Assembly (NCBI GenBank): GCA_001819815.1
Contig: MHNO01000009.1
Span: 460-64,459 of the forward strand
Length of the DNA: 64,000 nucleotides
Source: Candidatus Ryanbacteria bacterium RIFCSPHIGHO2_02_FULL_45_17b
Lineage (GTDB): Bacteria > Patescibacteriota > Minisyncoccia > Ryanbacterales > 2-02-FULL-48-12
Reading direction: 5' to 3'
The position numbers and the translations under genes are program-made. Within the stretch, counting starts at the first letter, position 1, and each line of letters opens with the position of its first letter. The notes beneath the pieces are model-generated. The model was not told the origin of the DNA. It saw only the letters and a program-made list of their open reading frames with translations, and searched no databases. Shown here piece by piece: positions 29,337-38,190 of the stretch.

Positions 29337-30725
29337 ATGGCAGGCACTTCAGCGTCTAAAACCTCTTTTTCCATGCAATCCGCGCCTATTGCCGGCGTTC
29401 GTATGCCACCCCAAAACGTGGAAGCCGAAATGTCAGTTTTGGGTTCTTTAATGCTTGATAAAGAGGCTTATAACAAAATTGCGGATGTATTGCGTCCGGA
29501 AGCATTTTATCGCGATCAGCATCGCGTTATTTTTGAGGCCATGCAAAATCTGTTTGAAAAACGGATACCCATAGACGTGCTTTCCACATCAAACCGCCTC
29601 CGTGAAAAAAAGCACCTGGACACCGCGGGCGGCATGAGTTATCTTACGTCGCTTGTTACCATGGTGCCGACCGCAAGCAATATCGTGCATTATGCCGAAA
29701 TTGTGCAGAGAAAATCTACCCTGCGAAACATCATTTCCATATCACAAGAAATAAACCAGCTGGGATACCAGGAATCAGATGAAGTAGAGACATTGTTGGA
29801 TGAAGCTGAAAAAAAGATTTTTAGTATTTCTCACGGATCGTTGCGCCAACGGTTTGCCCCCGTTTCGGAAGGACTCGAGGCCGCATGGGATCGCATTGAT
29901 AACATGCAAGACGGAAACGCATTGCGCGGAGTTCCTACCGGATTTACCCAGCTCGACAATTTGCTTTCAGGTTTTCAAAAATCTGACCTTATTCTTTTGG
30001 CAGCCCGCCCGTCATTTGGAAAAACAAGTTTGGCGCTTGATATCGCCCGGCACGCCGCGGTTACCAAAAATATTCCCGTAGGCATCTTTAGCCTTGAAAT
30101 GTCTACGGAACAACTTATAGACCGCCTGCTTGCCGCAGAAGCAAACGTGGATTCGTGGCGGCTCCGCACCGGCCGCTTAAAACATGATTCAGATGATTTT
30201 ACGCGCATTCGCGATGCTCTTGGACGCCTTTCAAAAGCCCCGCTCTTTATTGATGACGAACCTTCCAATAATATACTCCAAATGCGCGCCATGGCGCGGC
30301 GCCTGCAGGCAGAACATGGTCTTGGGCTTATCATTGTGGACTACATACAACTTATCACCTACCATAAAGCAGGTTCTGAAAGTTTAGTGCGCGAAGTCAC
30401 GGAAATTTCTCGCGCCTTAAAAGGACTCGCGCGTGAACTTGCCGTTCCTGTTATTGCCCTTTCCCAGCTTTCACGCGCGGTTGAACAACGCCATCCATCT
30501 ATTCCAAAACTTTCTGACCTGCGGGAAAGCGGAAGCTTGGAACAAGACGCGGATGTTGTTATGTTTATTTATCGCGAAGATAGATACAAAGATTCCGATG
30601 ACAATAAAAACATTGTGGAACTTCAAATCGCAAAACATCGCAACGGACCTTTAGGAAAAGTAAGTCTTTATTTCAATCAGGAAATAACTTCGTTCAGAAG
30701 TTTAGAAACCCATGGCACATCCTAA
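29337..30725 (+). CDS. dnaB: replicative DNA helicase DnaB
   Basis: N-terminal PPQNVEAEMSVLGSLM, Walker A ARPSFGKTSLALDIA, Walker B LIIVDYIQLI. No intein. Confidence 0.9.
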   Translation: MAGTSASKTSFSMQSAPIAGVRMPPQNVEAEMSVLGSLMLDKEAYNKIADVLRPEAFYRDQHRVIFEAMQNLFEKRIPIDVLSTSNRLREKKHLDTAGGMSYLTSLVTMVPTASNIVHYAEIVQRKSTLRNIISISQEINQLGYQESDEVETLLDEAEKKIFSISHGSLRQRFAPVSEGLEAAWDRIDNMQDGNALRGVPTGFTQLDNLLSGFQKSDLILLAARPSFGKTSLALDIARHAAVTKNIPVGIFSLEMSTEQLIDRLLAAEANVDSWRLRTGRLKHDSDDFTRIRDALGRLSKAPLFIDDEPSNNILQMRAMARRLQAEHGLGLIIVDYIQLITYHKAGSESLVREVTEISRALKGLARELAVPVIALSQLSRAVEQRHPSIPKLSDLRESGSLEQDADVVMFIYREDRYKDSDDNKNIVELQIAKHRNGPLGKVSLYFNQEITSFRSLETHGTS

Positions 30726-31320
30726 ACATATTCAGCGAACAACAGAACTTCTCGGACAACTCCCCGGTATAGGTCCGCGCCAAGCACTGCGGTTAAGCTA
30801 CGTTCTTGCGGAAAAAAATATCATATGGCGAAAAGAATTAGCTCAATTACTAGAATCCTTTGACGCGCAACTTTCGCGCTGTGAACTTTGTTTTCGCGTT
30901 ATGGAGCAACGCGGGTCTTCTTATTGCGATATATGCAGTTCACCTTCGCGCGCAAAAGATAGCATTCTTGTTGTTGAAAAAGAGTCAGACGTAGAACAAT
31001 TTGAAACCTATCAACAATTTCAGGGAACATATCATGTAACCGGTGGTACTATCTCCCCGCTTGAAAAAAATCCCGGCGAAAAACTGCGCTTACGAGCATT
31101 GTTTGAACGCGTAAAAACTTACCCCGCGCGCAGTACCATGGAAGTTATTATAGCCACTTCAAACACACTTGAGGGCAATCAAACAGCAGCCTACATTGAA
31201 CGCATTCTCCAACCTCTCCAAATAAAAATAACCCGCCTCGGACGCGGGTTGTCTACGGGAGCAGAGATTGAATATGCCGATCCGCTTACGTTGGAACAGG
31301 CACTTAAAAATAGAAAATAA
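30712..31320 (+). CDS. recR: recombination protein RecR
   Basis: HhH LPGIGPRQALRL, a C4 zinc finger (CELCFRV...CDICS) and a Toprim domain. Confidence 0.9.
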   Translation: MAHPKHIQRTTELLGQLPGIGPRQALRLSYVLAEKNIIWRKELAQLLESFDAQLSRCELCFRVMEQRGSSYCDICSSPSRAKDSILVVEKESDVEQFETYQQFQGTYHVTGGTISPLEKNPGEKLRLRALFERVKTYPARSTMEVIIATSNTLEGNQTAAYIERILQPLQIKITRLGRGLSTGAEIEYADPLTLEQALKNRK

Positions 31321-31331
31321 AATTGCGTGTT

Positions 31332-31367
31332 AGGCGACTCGACCGCCAATTGGCGGTCGAGTCGCCT
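31332..31367. terminator. bidirectional hairpin terminator between recR and rplU
   Basis: aggcgactcgaccgcc-aatt-ggcggtcgagtcgcct is a perfect 16-bp stem. The minus strand has a following T-rich run (caattttattttctattttt). Confidence 0.55.
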
Positions 31368-31381
31368 ATTTCCTCACAGAC

Positions 31382-31693
31382 TCAAATTTTCGTTATCTCA
31401 ACCTCCGTAAAATGCTGGCGATGACCTTGCTTGCGGCGACGGCGGGTTTTTGAATGATACCGCAAATTAGTTATTTTTTTCGCGCGGGCGTGCCGAAGCA
31501 CTTTCGCAGATACGCTGGCGCCCTCCACTAACGGAGTACCGATTTTTGCCTCTCCCTCCTCTCCTGCCACCAACAAAACTTCATCAAACGAAAAGTCCTT
31601 CCCTTCTTCAATAGGCAGTTTTTCTATTTTGAGTTTTTTTCCGGGTTCCACAACATATTGTTTCCCGCCTGTTTTGATGACTGCAAAAGACAT
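31382..31693 (-). CDS. rplU: 50S ribosomal protein L21
   Basis: MSFAVIKTGGKQYVVEPGKKL is the L21 N-terminus. The track ORF extends 9 codons further upstream. Confidence 0.9.
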   Translation of the reverse strand: MSFAVIKTGGKQYVVEPGKKLKIEKLPIEEGKDFSFDEVLLVAGEEGEAKIGTPLVEGASVSAKVLRHARAKKITNLRYHSKTRRRRKQGHRQHFTEVEITKI

Positions 31694-31730
31694 GAAAAAA
31701 TAGTACCAAATTAAGAACATATTGTATATC

Positions 31731-31759
31731 TTGACAAATAGTAAAAAAACTACTATGAT
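31731..31759 (+). promoter_or_regulatory. near-consensus sigma70-type promoter for the small-gene cassette
   Basis: TTGACA (31731-36), 17-nt spacer, TATGAT (31754-59). SD AAGGAGG 6 nt before the ATG at 31787. Confidence 0.5.
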
Positions 31760-31786
31760 AGTTTTAAAAGAAAAAAGGAGGCAGGT

Positions 31787-32029
31787 ATGGCACTAAAGCT
31801 CATTAACACGGAAGAGATCTGGCTCCGTATTGCGAGCACGCACGAACATGTTGTTCTCCCGCCAGGGGTATGGGTTGTGCAACGCATACCTAATCCAATA
31901 GAAGGACAGACCGCTCGTTGGGTTAAACTAAGAACGAGTGAGATGGGGATCATCGGATCTGCAGAGGAAGCCCTTTTGGGGAATTACCCTGATGTGGTTG
32001 AACTTATTGAAGAGGAGGAATCACGATGA
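31787..32029 (+). CDS. small hypothetical protein (80 aa, acidic C-terminus)
   Basis: Strong SD and a consensus promoter. Its stop overlaps the next start (ATGA). Confidence 0.5.
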   Translation: MALKLINTEEIWLRIASTHEHVVLPPGVWVVQRIPNPIEGQTARWVKLRTSEMGIIGSAEEALLGNYPDVVELIEEEESR

Positions 32030-32334
32030 GTCATAGTATAACGGTTGATGTGAAAGAACCAAAAGCCATAATTGTCTTCAAAACCACATTTAATTTGTAC
32101 GAAGGCAGTACTAGTTTGGAAACGCTTTTCGTGCTTTCTTGCCGCATTTCCCAAGAGACAATATTCAAGGCACATCTGGCACCACGAGGATACAAAACAC
32201 TTGATCTCACCTCGCCGGAGGAGATTATTTCAAAAGAAGTGCTCTTGCGGGAAGTTGAGACAGTGGCTAGAATCATCAGAGAAGTCTATAACAAACCTAA
32301 AGCAAATATGCAAATCCAACAAGACCTTTTTTAA
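32026..32334 (+). CDS. small hypothetical protein (102 aa)
   Basis: SD GAGGAGG 8 nt upstream. Translationally coupled to the preceding ORF. Confidence 0.5.
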   Translation: MSHSITVDVKEPKAIIVFKTTFNLYEGSTSLETLFVLSCRISQETIFKAHLAPRGYKTLDLTSPEEIISKEVLLREVETVARIIREVYNKPKANMQIQQDLF

Positions 32335-32364
32335 AAGGCCCAACATTTCGAAAGGAGTAAAAAG

Positions 32365-32538
32365 ATGAACATAGTATTCATTCTGACAGGTGTGGTTATT
32401 GGATTCATTTTGCTGTATCGCTGGATACAGCCGCTCCGTTGTAATGGTTGTCAGATGTTCCTAGTGCGACCCATGACGAAACGACACGTAACGTGCAATG
32501 CGTGCGGAATGACTAACAGTGTCCCATTCCTTATTTAG
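32365..32538 (+). CDS. 57-aa membrane-anchored zinc-ribbon protein (not in the ORF track)
   Basis: SD AAGGAG 9 nt before the ATG at 32365. TM helix IVFILTGVVIGFILLY, then CNGC...CNAC (C-x2-C-x15-C-x2-C). Confidence 0.45.
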   Translation: MNIVFILTGVVIGFILLYRWIQPLRCNGCQMFLVRPMTKRHVTCNACGMTNSVPFLI

Positions 32539-32554
32539 GGCAGTTGGAAACACT

Positions 32555-33607
32555 TCAAGAATCCTCCTCCCCTACCGGCTTCTCCAAAAGTATCGCTTCT
32601 ATAGCCCCCTCTCCGCCGGCTATACGGACAATGTCCTTATCAATTTTCTTGAGCTCCTTATAGCCGACATTATACGTTCCTACCAGGGTACCCAATTGGG
32701 TGCCCATTTTTATTACATAACTGTCGTAGTTTACAAGATGCTTTTTTAACGCTTCCACGTTTTTGCGAATATCTTTCGCGGATTCTTCAATTTGAAGCGC
32801 GCGCAACCCCTGAAGCACGGTCTGTAAATATGCGAGAAACGATGTGGGAGAAACTATAATGACATGTTTTTCTTTAAACGCGTATTCAATCAAGTCTTGG
32901 GTAGAAACCTGCACCGCGCCCACTTTGTTTATCAATAAGTCATAATAAATTGCTTCCGACGGAATAAACATAAACGCAAAGTCCATGGTATTCTCCGCCG
33001 GTTTTATGTATTTGGATGTCTCGTCAATGCGCGTTTTTAAGTCTTGTTTGAATACTTTTTCGAATCGCTCGCGTTCTGTCGGATCATTCGTGGCAAGAAT
33101 GCGCTCGTAATTTTCGAGTGAAAATTTGGAGTCCACGGGAACAATTTTATCTTTAATGAATACCACCGCGTCCACCAAAGAACCGTCTTCAAACCCATAT
33201 TGCATTTGATAACTTCCGGGCGGGAGAACATTTTTTAGCACCGTTTCCAAATAGTATTCTCCCAAGACGCCGCGCTGTTTGGGGTTGCGCAAAATATCCT
33301 GCAAGCCTTTTAGCTGATCGGCAAACCCCATCACCTGCCGGTTTGTCTCATCGAGCTTCGTGAGGCGTTCGGTAACATCCTGAATAATTTTACTGCTGTG
33401 CTGAAATTGCACCTGCATAGATTTATGCGACTCCCCCATGTTGCGATCAAGCGTACGCGCGATTTCCTGCACTTGGTTTTGGAGAAGAATGAGCGATTGA
33501 TTATCTTCCGGTTTTTTTTTCATGCGGGAAATAAGCCATATAAGGACGGCAAATCCTAGCATAAGTACTACGATGGTAAAGATATTGTAGAAATACATAG
33601 GTTTCAA
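32555..33607 (-). CDS. rmuC: DNA recombination protein RmuC
   Basis: N-terminal TM helix, coiled coil, and the conserved C-terminal FAFMFIPSEAIYYDLL...VIIVSPTSFLAYLQTV region. Confidence 0.7.
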   Translation of the reverse strand: MKPMYFYNIFTIVVLMLGFAVLIWLISRMKKKPEDNQSLILLQNQVQEIARTLDRNMGESHKSMQVQFQHSSKIIQDVTERLTKLDETNRQVMGFADQLKGLQDILRNPKQRGVLGEYYLETVLKNVLPPGSYQMQYGFEDGSLVDAVVFIKDKIVPVDSKFSLENYERILATNDPTERERFEKVFKQDLKTRIDETSKYIKPAENTMDFAFMFIPSEAIYYDLLINKVGAVQVSTQDLIEYAFKEKHVIIVSPTSFLAYLQTVLQGLRALQIEESAKDIRKNVEALKKHLVNYDSYVIKMGTQLGTLVGTYNVGYKELKKIDKDIVRIAGGEGAIEAILLEKPVGEEDS

Positions 33608-33617
33608 GTTTTAAGTT

Positions 33618-36290
33618 CTATTCAACCTGTTCTCTTCTAATAAACCACCATTTCCCAACTTCAATCAATAGGATGTTTGATATACCAAATAATAGAATGA
33701 GACCAACATCGGAGAATGAAATAGAAACTAAAGAAAGTATATTTGAAAGCGACTCAAATAAAAAGGCTAGCATTAAAAGCGATAAACTTATAGCAAGCGC
33801 CAGCCAAAAGAACAGGTTCCCAAGAAATGATATATTCCATAACGGGCGGCGCAAACTTCGCAGGGAATACCCAAAGAAAATGGAATCAATCGCGAGCCCT
33901 AAAAACATAAGCGTGCGAATGCGCGCAAGTTCATATCCATTCCATTGTAAATATAAAAAGAGTCCAAAAAGCACCAAATCAGTAGCAATGCCTATAATAA
34001 AAATAAGAAACCACATTTGACGCGTAAATATACGCCGTTCACGCCCGCCATTACCACGCGGCTTCATGACATCTTGTTCTTTCGGTTCAAACGCGAATGC
34101 GAATGTCAACAAACCCCCTCCCACAATATTGGTCCACAAAATTTGCGTAGCGCGCACCGGTAACGGAAAACCCAACAACAGCGCTCCTCCCACCAGGATA
34201 ATTTCCGTAAATCCCGTAGCAAACACAAACGTAATTACTTTACGAAGATTGTCCACAATAACGCGTCCCTGCTCAATAGCCTTCACCAACACACTGAAAC
34301 TGTCTTCCAACAGCACAATATCAGAAGCCTCTTTCGCAACTTCCGTACCAGAACCAAGCGCAACTCCCACATCCGCGCGTTTGAGGGCAGGCGCGTCATT
34401 TACGCCGTCTCCGGTCATGGCAACCACCGCGCCTTTTTTTTGCCAAGCTTCCACAATACGAAGCTTTTGATGGGGCAAAACACGCGCGTATACCGCGATA
34501 GATTCCACGCGCTCCGCCAATGCTTCCGGTGACATTGCTTCTAAATCATCCCCCTCTACAACGGCATAATTCGCCGTGTCAATTCCCACTTCCTTCGCTA
34601 TGCGCTCCGCCGTGAGACGATGGTCGCCTGTTACCATAACAGCGCGTAGCCCTGCTTGGCGCGCCAATTGCATAGATTCTACAGCGTCGGGGCGTAATGG
34701 ATCATGAAACGCAATAAAACCAACAAACACCAGTTTTTCAAAAAAATCAGCAGTATCCGCCGTTGGTATTTTTTCTGCTGTCTCCAAACGAAACGCGGTT
34801 GCAAGCACGCGGTTACCGCCTTGGGAAAGATGTTCATGAGCTTTTTGCAGAGCTTCGAGACGTTGCTTGGTAAGAATCAATGTGCGCCCCCCCACATACA
34901 CGCGCGCGGCATATTTCAACAACACTTCCGGCGCGCCCGTGATACGAAGCAGGGTACCTTTTTTCGTTTTATGTAATGAAGCGGAAAACCGTCGCTCGGC
35001 TTCAAAAGGTAAAAAATCAATGCGTGGATTTTCAGCAAACACATGCACAGGGCGCACGCCTGCTTGAATACCTGCCAAAAGCATGGCGCGATCCGTGGGT
35101 GTTCCGCGTGTTATCCATTCACTTAAATCCGCGTCTGGATTTTCAATAAACGCGCCGGATGTGGAAACGCCAATGATGAGCGCGGCGCTTGCGTGCGCCT
35201 CCTGCGTAAGAACATCGGACGGATCTCCAAACAATTGACTGCCGGTAACAACTTTGGAAACCTGCATGTTCGCCTGTGTGAGAGTTCCTGTTTTATCAGT
35301 AAGAATGATGTTAGTGGATCCAAGAGTTTCTGCCGCGGTAAGCTTTTTTACTAATCCGCCGCTTTTTAAAATCCGTTCCATCCCAAGAGCTAAAATAACC
35401 GTAACCGCCACCGGAAGCCCCTCGGGAACCGCGGCAACCGCGATGGCAACCGACGTAAGAAACATTTCTGTCGCAGACTCCCCGCGCAACAATCCAAGCG
35501 CAAAAATAACGCCTACCGTTCCAAGAACAACAACACTGATAAGCTTCGCGAGAGAAGCCATGTCGCGCTGAAGCGGTGTTTTTTCTTTACGGGTAGTGCC
35601 AACCATAAGACTTATCTTCCCAAACTCCGTATAATGCGCGGTATTAACCACAAGCGCTCGCGCGAGACCTTCTTCCACCAATGTACCCGCCCATACCATA
35701 TTCGTGCGATCCGTAAGATGCGTGTGTTCCGGAAGCGTGCCGATTTTTTTATCAACGCCAATCCACTCACCCGTAAGCGCTGATTCATTTATGCGAACAT
35801 TCCGCCCATCAAGCATGCGCGCATCCGCCGGCACATAATCACCAGCGCGCAACACAATAACATCACCCGGAACAATATCGGTTGAAATAACCTCCTGTTC
35901 GGCGCCGTCGCGCACCACAACCGCGCGGCGCGTTACATGTTCCTGCAATTTTATAAACGCGCGTGATGCCTTACCTTCCTGTACAACACCAACCACCGTA
36001 TTTACGAGCACGGTAAATACAATAACAAGAGCATCGGCGCGTTCATCGAGGAAAAAAGAAATAACCGCCGCGGCAAGAAGAATAAGAACAAGCGGGTTTG
36101 CGAATTGATGCAAAATAATACGCAAAAGATGAAATTCTTCACTGCCGCTGATACGGTTTTCCCCTATTCGCTCTTTCCGTCTCTTCGCCTCTTCTTTTCC
36201 TAATCCTTCATGTGGATGTACCTCAAAATGCTTAGACAACTCGTGTTCTGAAACCGCGTGCCACGCATCTTTCTTTTGAAGAGATATCAT
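33618..36290 (-). CDS. cation-transporting P-type ATPase (P2-type, Ca2+/Mg2+-like)
   Basis: DKTGTLT phosphorylation site, TGDHRLTAERIAKEVGI, GDGVNDAPALKRADVGVALG, and a cation-ATPase N-terminal domain. Confidence 0.9.
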   Translation of the reverse strand: MISLQKKDAWHAVSEHELSKHFEVHPHEGLGKEEAKRRKERIGENRISGSEEFHLLRIILHQFANPLVLILLAAAVISFFLDERADALVIVFTVLVNTVVGVVQEGKASRAFIKLQEHVTRRAVVVRDGAEQEVISTDIVPGDVIVLRAGDYVPADARMLDGRNVRINESALTGEWIGVDKKIGTLPEHTHLTDRTNMVWAGTLVEEGLARALVVNTAHYTEFGKISLMVGTTRKEKTPLQRDMASLAKLISVVVLGTVGVIFALGLLRGESATEMFLTSVAIAVAAVPEGLPVAVTVILALGMERILKSGGLVKKLTAAETLGSTNIILTDKTGTLTQANMQVSKVVTGSQLFGDPSDVLTQEAHASAALIIGVSTSGAFIENPDADLSEWITRGTPTDRAMLLAGIQAGVRPVHVFAENPRIDFLPFEAERRFSASLHKTKKGTLLRITGAPEVLLKYAARVYVGGRTLILTKQRLEALQKAHEHLSQGGNRVLATAFRLETAEKIPTADTADFFEKLVFVGFIAFHDPLRPDAVESMQLARQAGLRAVMVTGDHRLTAERIAKEVGIDTANYAVVEGDDLEAMSPEALAERVESIAVYARVLPHQKLRIVEAWQKKGAVVAMTGDGVNDAPALKRADVGVALGSGTEVAKEASDIVLLEDSFSVLVKAIEQGRVIVDNLRKVITFVFATGFTEIILVGGALLLGFPLPVRATQILWTNIVGGGLLTFAFAFEPKEQDVMKPRGNGGRERRIFTRQMWFLIFIIGIATDLVLFGLFLYLQWNGYELARIRTLMFLGLAIDSIFFGYSLRSLRRPLWNISFLGNLFFWLALAISLSLLMLAFLFESLSNILSLVSISFSDVGLILLFGISNILLIEVGKWWFIRREQVE

Positions 36291-36446
36291 GTCTGCATAT
36301 TACCATCTCGTGAGCAAACAAAAAAATTCCCCTATCTGTGGAGAAGTTATCGCACTTGGCGGTCGGACCGCCAAGTGGTGTTGCTAATGATAGCTCTTAC
36401 AGGCGAACCACCAGTTACACTCTCTTGTGCGCATAAAACGTATCTG

Positions 36447-36522
36447 TGGCGGCCCCACGGGGAATTGAACCCCGGTTTGATGGATGAGAACCATCTGTCC
36501 TAGGCCACTAGACGATGGGGCC
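36447..36522 (-). tRNA. tRNA-Glu (anticodon CUC)
   Basis: 76-nt cloverleaf: acceptor GGCCCCA/TGGGGCC, D-arm GTCTAGTGGCCTAGGAC, anticodon stem GATGG/CCATC with loop TTCTCAT, T-arm CGGGGTTCAATTCCCCG, encoded CCA. Confidence 0.85.
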
Positions 36523-36565
36523 ACGTCAAAACATACTTAACTATACTGTATATGCGCAATAATTC

Positions 36566-36596
36566 AAGAAAAATCCCCTAAGCTGACGGGGATTTA
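36566..36596 (-). terminator. rho-independent terminator at the end of the dcw operon
   Basis: On the minus strand: AAATCCCC-gtcagctta-GGGGATTT followed by TTCTTGAATTATT. The hairpin contains the stop codon of the zinc-ribbon ORF. Confidence 0.5.
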
Positions 36597-36865
36597 TCGT
36601 TATGCTTTGTTTTCTTTCGCTCATTATCTTTACATACGCCGCATTCCCATCCGTTCACATCAGCTCGAAATGATAACAAAGTTCCGCATCTTGGGCATTT
36701 CATACCAATACAACTCACTTCGTTGCACCAACTTCCACCACGCTCACCGGATCGACAAAACCGATCATAGAAGCATCTTTTCACAGACGCTTCTTTTTCA
36801 TGTCCTTTCACAAAAAATCCCCCTTTGATAAACAGTATACCACGCTCTTTATCTAGTTTGTCCAA
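36578..36865 (-). CDS. small Cys-rich (zinc-ribbon) hypothetical protein
   Basis: Four Cys pairs (CFYDRFC, CNEVSC, CPRC, CGVC). Overlaps the murF stop by 12 nt. Confidence 0.4.
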   Translation of the reverse strand: MDKLDKERGILFIKGGFFVKGHEKEASVKRCFYDRFCRSGERGGSWCNEVSCIGMKCPRCGTLLSFRADVNGWECGVCKDNERKKTKHNDKSPSA

Positions 36866-38190
36866 TATTCCTCTTGGCGCACCAACAAATCCTTTTTAAG
36901 TTCCGGATGCGCCATAACCTCTTCCACCGCCCGCTCCATCCGCATAGATTGCGAACCTTTTACCAACACCACATCCCCCGGTTGCAACATGTTCTGAAGC
37001 AATTTCCCCGCCTCCACCGCGCTTCCCAATTCATGCACCGATTCCCGCTTCATACCGCGTTCCATTGCCTCGCGCGCGATAAATTTTGCCCGGGGGCCCA
37101 CGGTAACAAGGATATCTAGAAAACCTGCCGCGAGTTCTCCCATTGTTTGGTGTGCTTGAATAGTGAATTTGCCAATTTCAAGCATATCAGCCAGCGCCGC
37201 GATGCGTCTACGCGCAGGAACATCGCGTAATGTATCAAGCGCGGCGTGCATTGCAATAGGAGAGGCGTTATAGGAATCATCCAACAATATGGAATTTTTT
37301 ATGCCTTCCAAAATATGCAAGCGACCCGCAAGCGGCTGATATCCCTCGAGAGCGCGCGCGGCAGACAACGCATTGATGCCAAAATAACCCGCAACCCCAA
37401 TAGCCGCTACGGCCATATATAATTGCTGTTTTCCTAAAACGTTCTCTACATGCAGGGGAACCGTAGAACCTTGGTAATCGATTTTACAACGTATACCAGC
37501 AGGGACTTCTATATTCAGGGCATTTTTTTGTGTAAAAAGAGTGTATTGAGACGCGCGAATATCAGCGCCTTTTCCGAAACCGAACGTAACAACCTTTCCG
37601 CGAGCTTCGTTCCGCATATCATACACTATCTCGTCATCCGCATTTAAGAGCACCAACCCCGTAGATAGCGTTCCACGCGCGAGTTTTCCTTTCTCGAACG
37701 CAAGCTCTTTCGGACCAGAAAAAAACTCCACATGAACAGGAATTTCTCCAATGGCTGTTATCACACTCACGTGTGGTTCTATGATGGATAAAATACTATC
37801 CATATCCCCCGGGCGATCCACACCCGTTTCCAATACCAGTATCTCGGGGTACTCTTTTTGAAAACGCGCCAAAAACCCCCGCATAATCACCGCTCCCCAT
37901 CCTATCGGCGACCGCCACGCAGTGGAAAGCCCCAGTATGGTAAGGGGAATGCCAAAAGCACTGTTATAGCTTTTGGGACTTTTACGCACATGATACTTCG
38001 CGGCAAGCACAACCGTAATTGCTTCTTTTGTGGAAGACTTGCCCACACTTCCGGTTACCGCAACAATCTTTGGCTTGAATTTTACAAGCACTGCTCGCGC
38101 TTCCCAAGCGAGAATTGCCAAAACAATTTTTTTTAAGAATGAACTCATATACAAGGTTTCAGGATTTTTATCTATCCGGTAATATCCCAT
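36853..38190 (-). CDS. murF: UDP-N-acetylmuramoyl-tripeptide--D-alanyl-D-alanine ligase
   Basis: Mur ligase P-loop VTGSVGKSSTKE, a Mur ligase middle domain and the C-terminal domain. Confidence 0.85.
   Translation of the reverse strand: MGYYRIDKNPETLYMSSFLKKIVLAILAWEARAVLVKFKPKIVAVTGSVGKSSTKEAITVVLAAKYHVRKSPKSYNSAFGIPLTILGLSTAWRSPIGWGAVIMRGFLARFQKEYPEILVLETGVDRPGDMDSILSIIEPHVSVITAIGEIPVHVEFFSGPKELAFEKGKLARGTLSTGLVLLNADDEIVYDMRNEARGKVVTFGFGKGADIRASQYTLFTQKNALNIEVPAGIRCKIDYQGSTVPLHVENVLGKQQLYMAVAAIGVAGYFGINALSAARALEGYQPLAGRLHILEGIKNSILLDDSYNASPIAMHAALDTLRDVPARRRIAALADMLEIGKFTIQAHQTMGELAAGFLDILVTVGPRAKFIAREAMERGMKRESVHELGSAVEAGKLLQNMLQPGDVVLVKGSQSMRMERAVEEVMAHPELKKDLLVRQEEYWTN

Noticed and set aside
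29337-30725. Possible intein in dnaB
   Set aside because: The ORF is 462 aa, which is normal DnaB length, with contiguous Walker motifs and no insertion.
33673-35571. Several plus-strand ORFs (105-134 aa) within the P-type ATPase gene
   Set aside because: They are antisense shadows of a 890-aa gene with all P-type ATPase motifs.
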